Source: Octopus sinensis
Taxonomy: Eukaryota
Reading direction: 5' to 3'
Assembly (NCBI RefSeq): GCF_006345805.1
Contig: NC_042998.1
Coordinates: 75,330,001 to 75,394,000, forward strand
DNA length: 64,000 bases
Position numbers and translations under genes: made by a program. Below are positions 26,301 through 38,678 of this stretch, one piece after another. The notes beneath the pieces were generated by a model. The model saw nothing but the letters and a program-made list of their open reading frames with translations, ran no database searches and was not told where the DNA came from. Positions within the stretch are counted from its first letter, which is position 1, and each line of letters begins with the position of its first letter.

Positions 26301-27708
26301 TTAGTTAGTTAGTTATTTTTTGGGCTCAAAAAGCAAAAAGCAAGGCCATGTAGGGGGGCATGGAGTTATGTACAGGGTGGTGTTCATGTAAAGAGTTCAG
26401 GCCACTTGAGGTCAAGGGAGACTTTGAACAAAGCGGTCGCCGGCATCTTCACCATCTCTTCTGGCAGCTTAGTCCACGGATCCGCAACCCGGACGGAGAA
26501 TGCCCCTCTCCTTCGATTGAGATGAAATCGTCGCAGATAGAGCTTTTCGGAATGACCCCGCAGCCGACGCTCTGAAGCAGGAGTGAAGAACAGCTCTTTC
26601 GAGAGGTTACACTTTCCGCTTATGATGTTGTGAGCAAGAATGAGATCTCCACGGCGTCGTCGTTTTTCTAGAGAATAAAGGTCCAGCGTCTTCAGCCTTT
26701 CTTCATAAGACAAATTCTTGAGACCAAGAACCATGCGGGTAGCCAGCTTCTGGACTCTTTCGAGATGCTGTATGTCTTTGAGGAGATAAGGAGAAGAGGC
26801 TTGAATCCCGTACTCCAATATGGGTCTCACCAGCGTGACATAGAGCGGTAGGAATATGGCTGCTCAGAGCATTCCGAATGACCGTCGAATCAAGAACAGA
26901 ATTTCGCATGCCTTGTTGGCAGCATGGACGCACTGGGCCGAAGGCGAAAAGGAGGAATCCACCAAGATACCCAGGTCATTTACCTGATCGGTCCTCTCCA
27001 GCAGCAGACGACCCGGCTCGAAATCAAGTTGAGTTGCAGGAGGAGAGCCAACAGACAGATGACAACACTTTGACACGTTCAGACACAGGTCCCATTTGTT
27101 AGACCATTTCTAAATTTGGTGGAGACATCGACGAAGATCCTCTATATCACCGCGAGGAGCGACCAGTTTGACATCGTCGGCAAATAGAAGGGTGTGTTGC
27201 GTGAGGTCGTCGGGCAAGTCATTTATGAAGACTAAGAACAATAAGGACCCAAGCACTGAACCTTGAGGCATGCCACTGCTCGCACTGGAGACGTCGGACC
27301 GCGAACCATTAAGTTGGACTTGGAAAGAGCGATCTGAGAGGAAGGCACCAACCCATCGTACAATATCCGGATGGAAACTATATGCTTGAAGCTTGACAAG
27401 TAATAGGCGGTGGTTTACCGAGTCAAAAGCTTTGGCAAAGTCCAATAAAACGATGTCAACAGCATCACTATCATCGAGGATACGCGTCACCAATTCTTCC
27501 ATTACCAGTAAGTTGGTCAAGCATGATCTCTTCGGCACGAAGCCGTGTTGGGAATCAGAGACAGAGGCTGTGTTTTGGAGGTGGAGCATCATACTTTTCT
27601 TAAGGATGGTTTCGAACATCTTGCTGATTATTGATGTAAGGGAAACCGGTCGGTAGTTAAGCGGGTCTTCGCGGCTCCTTTTCTTGAAAATTGGGCAGAT
27701 TATCGCTG
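26301..27708 (-). mobile_element. 5'-truncated CR1-clade LINE (RT + 3'UTR with (TAAC)n tail)
   Basis: NYRPVSLT, QHGFVPKRSCLTNLL, LDFAKAFDSV, PQGSVLG, LFADDVKL, RPILEYG, ERVQKLATRMV, RRRGDLI; short tetranucleotide tail at 26301-26314; possible 5-bp TSD TACAT (26296-26300 / 27709-27713). Confidence 0.92.
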
Positions 27709-27749
27709 TACATCTCTGAACCCGACCATGTCACCCGGAAGTGCTTAAT

Positions 27750-29800
27750 TAGTCATTCTCATGATGTTTGTCCTAACAGATAAAATGAAATCTTGCATCG
27801 GCACTTCTGTTGATATCTGTTGATTCAGTTCTTAATGCATTAACCTTAAAATGTTCTTAAAATTTAGGTTTGCTCAGATTACACCCTTATTGGAATTTGC
27901 CAATAAAAGTACACTTCTGGGACACATCTAGGAGGAATATCCAGTTATTAGAAACTCTATTCGAAGTCTTCGATACAATTGTCTTTTCGTTCAATATTTC
28001 AGAATTCAAAACTCTACCAACCTCTTCAGCTTAAGTATTTCTAGTTTGGACGTATTTGCCAATGATTGTCTTCTTCTTCACCATAAATCGATTATATGAA
28101 AAATCTTTGTATCTAAAATCGTAATCTTTTTTTAGTTGCTTCTGTATCTACGTCTGAATAATCATACATTTCTTTCATTCTACTACTCATTTTTATCTCT
28201 TTATCCATCCCCATTCTCTCAGTGCTGCGTTCTCATTGATAGTGTGTGGGGCAAAATTATCCTACTAAATATATACTAGTCTTTGGTGATTGCTATGTTC
28301 CTACTTTTAATCTATTCAGTTCTAAAATCCCAGAATCTGCTGGACCCCATGTTATTATTTCACTGTCTCAGTTACTTATCATAGAGTTAACATTACCATA
28401 ACCACGACCACTTCCTTCTTAATACCATGTGTCTGGTCTTAACATTTGCTCCGTCTATTCATGTTCCACATAGTAATTCTGGTCATGATACTATATATTC
28501 TATCCTGACTCTTGTCAGTATCAATAACGTGAATGAGACAGATTTCGAGATATATATTCCTGAAGCACACGGAAGATAAATTCTTTCTTCTTAGCACTAA
28601 TGATTGTACCACCAAGTAATGTTGTGAGGGTTAATCTGGTATTGCTGCCTTCATTCATAATCGGTGATATTTAATTAAAACACATTGTTGCCGTTTTCCA
28701 CTGCTTCTACTTTTGTTATTTCTCATAGAAACCCACTATGCCATATTCATAGTCAAATCAGTATATTGGGAAATAAGCATCTATTTTTACTGGATTGGAA
28801 GTGCAGGAGAAATGCTCTCGCAGACGCTAAGCCACGGCCTGTGGCGCGGACCAAATTCTATATTACTTCTCAGAATATATACTCTCAGGACTTTCGGAAA
28901 TCCCTTCAGATGTTATGAAGTATTCATTTCTTAACACTGAGCACAATTTCTTTCTCAGCTGTTTACTAATAATTTATCTATTATTCCTCTAGTCGTGTGG
29001 TTTCTTCTTAATATGACGGGCCCCTTTCTGAGGTACCGAACCACATCAAATTCAGTAGGGAAGGCAACTGCGTCCTTTAACACTTATACTGCTTGGTCCT
29101 TATATTATTACTGCTATTGCTTTGCAAATGATCTGAATTTTTTCTGATATTTCTAAAACTCGTCAAATACTTAGCTGACTCATCCTTCCCAGCCTGTTGG
29201 AAATAGACCCATGTTAGCCTACTTTCAAAACACAAAACTCTAGATAGTGTAACTAATCACAATCTTTATATAATAAGCAAAGTACTTATGCCTCGCCACT
29301 TGTATTATTCGCTCTGTTTCCCGAAAAACTATACGGTTTCTGTATCTCGCACTCCACTGCCGATCTTCTGTCTGTCATAAATGAAAAGATTTTCCCTGGC
29401 AGTTGGGATTAGGAGAGTATTCTTGTCTTTAACATACTGAAAGCATTTCACAGGTTTTACCATAGTAGTCTCCTCTACAAGTTTATGTAAAACTTCTGAA
29501 AAGATGCTTAGCATTGTTGAATATGTTTTCTGGATGAACATAATTACATGTTATTTTAAATAACCATTATTCATTCATCTAGTTCATATTACCTGGTGTT
29601 CACGGTTTTAGGTTTTACTAATAATAAACCAGACGATATCATATCTTAGATTGCAATCTTTGCCGCTGAAACTTCTTTGTATTCCTGTTTGTACGAGGAG
29701 TTCTATTCGTTTGATCAAGTGCAAATTGCTAGTTCTCTTGAACTTGCATTTTATGACAAATTAGTGGGGGCTCAGTGATTTATTGCTTTCAAATCCACCA
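27750..29800 (-). mobile_element. Highly decayed Ty3/Gypsy-like gag-protease relic
   Basis: Weak by-eye similarity: LIKRIELLVQTG, SEVLHKLVEE, RENLFIYDRQKIGSGVRD (cf. gag EELIRDRIVVGIRD), IDGANVK and a DTG-like remnant, IYMVKKK..IG. Confidence 0.4.
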
Positions 29801-31794
29801 AATCTAGACGTCGTTTTATTCGTCGTTTCAGAAAATCTAATCGTATTCCTGATTCTCTGTAAAGCAAATGTAGGAAGGCGATTTTGTATATCGATCCAGT
29901 AATTATCTTTCGTCTGAATGTGTTGTAGCGGTTTTTTTCCCATAAGTTCCACTTTTAACTTGTGTGAAATACTATTGTCCACGTGTACCGGTGCCTCGGT
30001 TGGTTTAGGTGAGCTTCTCACTATAATGTTGGGTAAATGACAGTCAAACTTCAATCTTCTATGGGTGAGGCATTCCTTTTGCTATTATAAAAATAACGTC
30101 ATACCCACTGTTCTGTTTGTACAACCGCTTAAGATTACTAATTGAATGCCTCAATTTACTGCAAATTGTCATCCTTTCGCTATAGCTGTCCCTTCGATAG
30201 GAAGAACTGCTATTTACTAATTTCTCTCCGTCTTGTTTCCGAGATTAATAAGATGCTAATTCATTCAAATCTAAAGTTGATCATTCCTATTGCACTAGAT
30301 TTTATTTCTTTGTGTGTGTGTGTGTGTATGTATGTGTGTGTTTTTTGTGTGTATAGTTCGCAACATACTAAGTGGTTGCTTAAGGACTGTTTTGTTGCTG
30401 GTTGCTTCACACTTAGTGAAGAGTGACAAAAACTTACACTTAAAATGCATTTGCTTGATGATTAACGTCTCTACTTTTGATTCCCGCAGCATTAGATACA
30501 TAGATAATATTTCTTTGTAAGAGTAAACCTCCTAAACAGAGCCAACGGGCGTTCGTTTCATTGCTCTCTGCTTTTTACAAAACCTTTCAGTAACTATTCC
30601 TTCTGAAACAGCTGTATAGCCTAGTTTGCCATATTCCGTTGGCAAATTACATGCACGTGAAATATCAACTGCTTTGAGATAAAATAGCTATTTTGTCCCG
30701 CACTACTTAACGTATTAAATGAAAAAAAAAAAACAATGAAAACTAAATTGCTATATAAATATTTCAAGGTTTGAGAATATTTAAACTATTAAATATGTTT
30801 CACCAAAATTCCTCTGGCTATAGATTAATATGAGCATATACTGATGAATTTGATACTTACATTCTTAACTGATTATTTCTTCCTACGGTAGGGTTTTAAA
30901 AAAGAATTATATAGCAATCAACATATAGAAAGACATGCAATGTAAGCTTCTTATAAAGGATTAATAAGAGAAAAACTATTACTCAGCATCTATGAGTATT
31001 CTGTCACATGTAATCCCAAATCAAGGAATGTTATACTATAATCTTGTTTTAATATCATTCTGCAAAACAGAGGCATATAGGAACGTATGGAGGCACTGAA
31101 CAAGATATTGAATAAATAAAGGGAAACACGTTATCAAATATATAAGACTCATTTCGATTTAATATTAGGCTTGTAATAACCACACGCTTTGTCTGATAGT
31201 ATAGTCTTGATAATATTTAATACAAACCACGTTCAGTGGCAGGGGTGCTTCACTGATATGCATTAGTTTGATTTATTGCATATCACAAGGCAGCGTCTTT
31301 TAATATTAAAACTTATGTACACTGAATCCTCTTGCTGAGAAGATAATAGCCGTAATCTATTTAATCGACCATATCATAATCTACCAGAATGTTATTCTTA
31401 AAACATATTCAGTTTTCTGTGTTGCTGCACCTATCTGATATTTCAAATAACTTCAAACGATATTTCGTCAATACAACTTTTCATTCAATAATCATCTTCA
31501 TTTGCCATCAAATTTATTACACTAAGAAAAGAAGTTTAAATGCATATTTTTATGTACAGCATCTGATGATTATTTCTGAATAATTTATGTATCGTTTGTT
31601 TACTTAAAAATAAATTGGTATTTGTGCCAGATTCATGAATTAACGACAAGGTCTATTCCTTTCTCGAAGTTTTAGTGTGAAACATTCATTCATCTTCAGT
31701 TTTTTTCATCGTTAAGATATATATTTGAATAACTTACATGTGCATTATTTTTGTTATACATATATTAAAACGAAAACAAGCAAGAACAAGAAAT

Positions 31795-31796
<2 letters not shown>

Positions 31797-31840
<44 letters not shown>

Positions 31841-31874
31841 ATATATTATATATATATATATATTATATATATAT

Positions 31875-31912
<38 letters not shown>
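31797..31912. repeat. (TA)n microsatellite
   Basis: Direct reading. Confidence 0.95.
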
Positions 31913-31916
<4 letters not shown>

Positions 31917-32099
31917 ATCCAAACATGAAAGCAAAAAGAGAAAACACAACAGCACGAGGACGTGGAACTAGTATAGTGCTATTGGACGCTCAGGAAAGGA
32001 AAGAAAGAAGGAGGATTTAATGTTTCGTGCGGATCTCTTCGTCAGAAACATAGGAAAAGGAAAGATTCAATGAGGGAAAGAAGGAGGAAAAACTCACCA
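31913..32099 (-). mobile_element. Short pLTR-like repeat with a degenerate hammerhead-like motif (32014-32049)
   Basis: Minus strand TGTTT-CTGACGA-A-GAG ATCCG CAC-GAAA-CA-TT-AAAT, followed by a tail (TTCCTGAGCGTCC...) like those of the 32891 and 56202 copies. Confidence 0.55.
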
Positions 32100-32487
32100 T
32101 ATATATATAATAGATCTATTTAAAATAGATACATTTAAAATAGCAACTACATTCTGATTCCGATAAAATCATAGTACTAATTGTTATATCCATATTTTAT
32201 CAACCTTAAGAATACCAGAAATGTGTCTTATCCAGCAACAAATATGACAAATTGCAAACAATTTTCATGCTGGGTGAGTTCAAATTCAAGCAATAGTCCC
32301 CTCTCGTGTAAAAAAAAAAACAGCAACTACGCTACTTTCATATGCGAACTATGACGTATGCAGTTTCTATTATGAGATATAACCAATAATTGAAGGAGAT
32401 ACACGGCGACAACCAAAACCTTGTACCTGCCTGACACGGTTGCCCCACACACTATATATCAGCTATATATTGATTATACAGCTCCTG

Positions 32488-32565
<78 letters not shown>

Positions 32566-32585
32566 AGTTGGAAATCTACAGAAAA

Positions 32586-33055
32586 AAACTGAAGACGAAG
32601 GCGGACGTGTGAACAACAAACAGATGCATTAGTTTAACGCTCGGGAAGTGAGAAAGTCTTTCACGTTTCGAGCCTACGCTTTTCAACGGAAAATAGCACA
32701 GAAAATAAAAAAAGGCTTAGTGGCTAGCAATCAATCATGGCGATCAATCAACCTTATTATCTCCCCTAATTTCGCTCTTGCGTCTCACGTTTGATCTTTG
32801 ACTTCTGGCCGAAATCAGATCGCCATGTTGATTCGCTAGCCTCTGCACGCATTTTTTTCTCTCCTTCTTTCTGTGTTTTTTCTCTGTGTATCTTTCTGTT
32901 GAAGAGCGTAGTCTCGAAACGTTAAAGACTTGTTTTATTTATATTTCCTGAGCGCCATACTAATACAATTGTTTGTTTGTATTCCACCTGCCTTCGTCTT
33001 TTGTTTATTTCCGTAAACCTACCTTCGTCTTTTGTCTATTTTCATAAAGCTTCCC
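32586..33055. mobile_element. Small foldback element with hammerhead-like motifs in both arms (32656-32694 minus, 32891-32928 plus)
   Basis: Outer arms are reverse complements (AAGACGAAGGC / GCCTTCGTCTT; GTTTCGAGCCTACGCT / AGCGTAGTCTCGAAAC); inner IR GGCTAGCAATCAATCATGGCGATC / GATCGCCATGTTGATTCGCTAGCC. Confidence 0.75.
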
Positions 33056-33160
33056 GTTATATATATATATATATACATGCATGCATACATACATACATAC
33101 ATACATACATACATACATACATACATAATACATACATACATACATACATACATACATACA

Positions 33161-33191
<31 letters not shown>

Positions 33192-33668
33192 GTCACCACA
33201 TAGCTGCACACTCATGTATGTGTATACACATTCATGCGTACTTGTGTATATGTACTGTTCCGTGATAGAAAAACCAACAAACATCTGGTGAGAGATAAAT
33301 ACATATACATAAACATATATAATTGCTGATAGACCAGATGAAAGTTTGTTTTATACGATCAATATTATATTAATATGATTCACGTATACAAATTGATACC
33401 TGTTGTGTTTAGACTTATCTGAACCATTTGCAATTTTAATACCTTCGTCGTTGGAACCTATTGCATGAGGCAATAGATGCTTAAAAGGAAAGAGAAAATG
33501 GACATAACAAAAAAGAATTACACAGACAGATAGACAGACTGGCAGACAGCCAGATGAATAGACAAACAGAGAGAGAGAGAGAGATAAAGAGGTAAACATA
33601 ATATTTCTTGATTGCATAATATGAAGTATATATACATATATATTCTTTTGTGTTTTTTCTTTTCCCGG

Positions 33669-33783
33669 TTACTTCGCATGCTTTCAATGAATGTGAAATC
33701 GAGATCATGCGCAAACGACTCCTTTCCCCAGAAAAGGAAAGATTTGACTACTATTTCTTGCAAGCCCTGCTACCATGTAATAG
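33669..33783 (+). other. Candidate 115-nt exon-like segment with a non-canonical (GG) acceptor
   Basis: Long pyrimidine tract ending CCCGG; open frame TSHAFNECEIEIMRKRLLSPEKERFDYYFLQALLPCNR; AG|GTATTT donor. Confidence 0.2.
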
Positions 33784-34484
33784 GTATTTTGGGTACTTCA
33801 TAGCAAATAGCTATTATTAATTAGCAGGGCGTGCTAGAAATAGTAGCCAAATCTTTGGAGGTGAGATACATTGAATGCACTTGAAAAGACCTATGAAAAC
33901 AATTATTTTACACTGAGGTTAAGAACGGGTCTTTTACAAATATTTACCGTATTTTAAAGTCATTTGCCCTTTAAAATATTTTTTAAATATGCATAAAAAA
34001 ATTTGTACTGGTACTCACTTGAAAATAATTTTTAAAAACATTAAAATATTGTCTGATTAAAGAAAGTTAAAATATAAATGCTGTACAAACAACTTACATA
34101 TATTAAATTACGTTCACTTAAAAATATTTTGAAATGATTAAAATATTGTTTCACAAAAGAGAAAATAGAAACGTTTACTGTAAAAAACAAATCATATTTT
34201 TTCGTTGTCAAGTCACTGTTTATAATCGATAGGTAAGAATTTCTTCCCTTTCAGGATTAAGTTATTTTCGGAGAATCTTCCCATTATGCACCGTTTTGGG
34301 TATTTTATCCCGAAAATACCTACTGTCTCAAAAACCAGTTGTCTGATTTACGCGTATATGGTTTATTATGTTCGTATTCACATTTCAGGGAAAACTTAAT
34401 TCATAAAAGTTTCTCCTTATGTGCCAGTTTAGCTGGGTAACATTGCAAGCAAACAAACAAGATCCAATTTCACTTTTAATGTAT

Positions 34485-34679
<195 letters not shown>

Positions 34680-34719
34680 TAATGTATTTTCAATATATAT
34701 ATATAATATATATATATAT

Positions 34720-36061
<1,342 letters not shown>

Positions 36062-36242
36062 TGAAAGTTTATGAGAATTACTTAATACAGCTTTCAAGTG
36101 TAAAGATGAAACTTTAAAAATATTTTTTAAACAATGTTATGAAATTTTTTTATTAGGATGTTACTAACCTTTTGGGGGAAGAAGTTTTTCCTACTGCGTG
36201 AGCGCTTTCGTCATTTAACCGTTTCAAACACACGTACTCTTA

Positions 36243-36306
<64 letters not shown>

Positions 36307-36754
36307 TGTGTGTATGTGTGTGTGTTTTCTGTATGTAAATCTGTGTATCTTATTTAGTTCAGATACATAACGAAAAGTCAGATACTGTGGTATTCCTCCT
36401 GACGTAGTATATAATACCCCACCCAATATATCAATAGCAGTTTTTCTCTAGACAGAGTGGTATAGCCAGATACGTACTTTTGCCTGATTCCTCTAGTTTT
36501 CTACTGTTCTGTATATCCTTAACAAATTCGTCTGATAATTAAAGCAGGACAAATGATATGCTGGACGATGTGTACTGAGTCAAATGTAACTGCTTTAAAT
36601 TCATTATGACTATTGAAAATAGGAGATGACTGGTATTATATCTATGTGTGAGATATTTCTAAGCATAGAAAGAAAAAGACAGAAACAATTTATTCCCTTT
36701 AGTTTCAGAAACGCACATATAACTGAAGGATTAACAAATCTCTGAACGAGGTAT

Positions 36755-36860
36755 AAGTGTGCCTAAAGCCAGCTGGAGACGATGTTCTCCTGGGGCTACA
36801 AGCTACAGTAACACCCACCCTTAGTGGTTAGCCATATTGAGATGGCAAGTATACCTCACA
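36755..36860 (+). repeat. 106-bp direct repeat, copy 1 (copy 2 at 42089-42194)
   Basis: AAGTGTGCCTAAAGCCAGCTGG ... GTATACCTCACA; I see one mismatch between the copies. Confidence 0.95.
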
Positions 36861-36984
36861 TTGTCGTGCAGTTACTGTTTATACCTCGTTCAGAGATTTA
36901 TTATTGCTTGCATACAGTTTTTCGAGATCAGTGACGAAAAGTTACTGGAAAAACGATATAAGTATTTGCATTGGGACTCCTTTC

Positions 36985-37000
36985 ATCGAAAACCGGTGTT
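36985..37000 (+). repeat. Target-site duplication, left copy (ATCGAAAACCGGTGTT)
   Basis: Identical 16-mer at 41965-41980. Confidence 0.92.
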
Positions 37001-37216
37001 TTGACTCGTCTAGGGACCCCTCTTTCATCTGCCTATTTTGTTGAGTGAGTTCGTTTTTTGTTCGTCGTTGTTTGTGTTTGCTCGTGAATTGAACAGTTGT
37101 CCGTTGTGTGACAGTAATTTTCGCCCTACGGGGCAGAAAATTCTGTGTATAAACATTGTTATTACCTTCGGGGTAATTTTTTTTTTTTTGAAAAATTGGT
37201 TCTCATAATTTGAGAA

Positions 37217-38652
37217 ATGGAGTTCGACTTGGCGTCGAGGAGCGACTTTCTCGTGATGGGAAAAGGCGAACAGAAGGATATCGAGGTTAGAAAACAGTCT
37301 TTTTCGGCCGCAGTGGGCGGAACCGTAACGGAAGTGGAATTCAAAATAGAACATTTGTTCGAATACCGGAACTTGGTCAAAAAGGAAGGCAACGAAATAA
37401 AACTGGTACCGCCGCAAGCGATATTACAGGAAATAAAGGCCAAGACAGTCGTGTACAAGGTTTACAGTAACAAAGAGAAAAAAATAATGGACCTGAAGAA
37501 CGAAATAGTAGGGAAGTGCTTGTCCCCGGTGTGGAGCAAAATTCGCTACGTCGGTCGAGGTGCCCGCAGCGCTACCGTTGAAGCATATTTCGACTCGGCT
37601 GATGTGGCAAGAGAGATTTCATTGATGACCTTAAAAGGTGAGGACATCATGTTACTACCTACCTATATGGGCAAAAGAACTGCGAAACTATATGTGGAAG
37701 ACATACCAAGAGGATATGATATAATGTGGGTAGCAGCGGCGGTTCTGCACGACGTAGAGCAGAAAGTCTCAATTCTGCAGATGAAAAGGAAAGAGGAGGT
37801 AAACTGGAAGGGACAAGCGCTCGAACTCCTCGTTCAAGCAGAAAATAATGTGCTAGAAAACTTACCTGATAGGGTATTTATTGAGGAGGGAATTACAATG
37901 AGAGTGTCAGTGGAGGGGCGCAGACCTAGGTGTTTCAAATGAGGTGTAAAGGGTCACGTCCGCTCGAACTGCATAAAAAAAAAGAAAAACAGCGAAGCCC
38001 CTCCTCAAAGTGCTTCAAATACAGAAAAAGAAAAGGCGGAAAAAGACCCCAAGACTGCGACAAGGAAGGGAATCGAAACGGAAGATAAAAATGAACAAAT
38101 GGAATTTACACAGGTGACACACAAAAGAAAAAAAGAAAATACCCTGGACTCCCCTCCCCAAACAAAGAAAAAATCAGCAAACACCGCAGAGATACATACA
38201 AAACAAATTCCCCAGCCCTACCCCCACGGCACTGTATTCATTGGAACACAGTTCGCCAAGCCCCTCCCCATCAAACAAGATTAGAAAAAATTGATTAAAA
38301 AAATGAAATGATTGTAGCATTCGACGAGAGGAACGATAGAGTGTTTAAGTATTTTAAATTTTCAAAACTGAAATTATTCAGTAAGTCTGCAGACACTAAG
38401 TCGACAACTCGTTTTGCAAAAATAAAGGAAGACGAGTGGCAGGAAAAAACACTCCAAGAACATTTTAAAAATAACCTTATCAGAGACGTAACTAACGAAA
38501 TACTGGAGGGCAAACTAACTATAACCCCGGCAACCACACCTACCCAGAGCCCGATGGCAACGCCGGTTAAGAGCTCTGCAGCTACGACCACAAGGCAGGA
38601 AGAAGGGGAAGCATGCAGATTTAAACTGTCATGCTCCTTGTCCCAACCGTAA
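37217..38652 (+). pseudogene. Tx1-like ORF1 (gag-like, CX2CX4HX4C knuckle), interrupted
   Basis: 241-aa ORF ends RPRCFK*, and the same frame continues GVKGHVRSNC; downstream pieces 38099-38284 and 38308-38652 are frameshifted. Confidence 0.85.
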
Positions 38653-38678
38653 GTTTTTTTTTCTCTCTCTCTCCGACA

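Noticed and set aside
36985-37000. TSD sequence GAAAACCGGTG as a hammerhead stem III
   Set aside because: No upstream core in the reconstructed empty site, and the triplet would be GUG.
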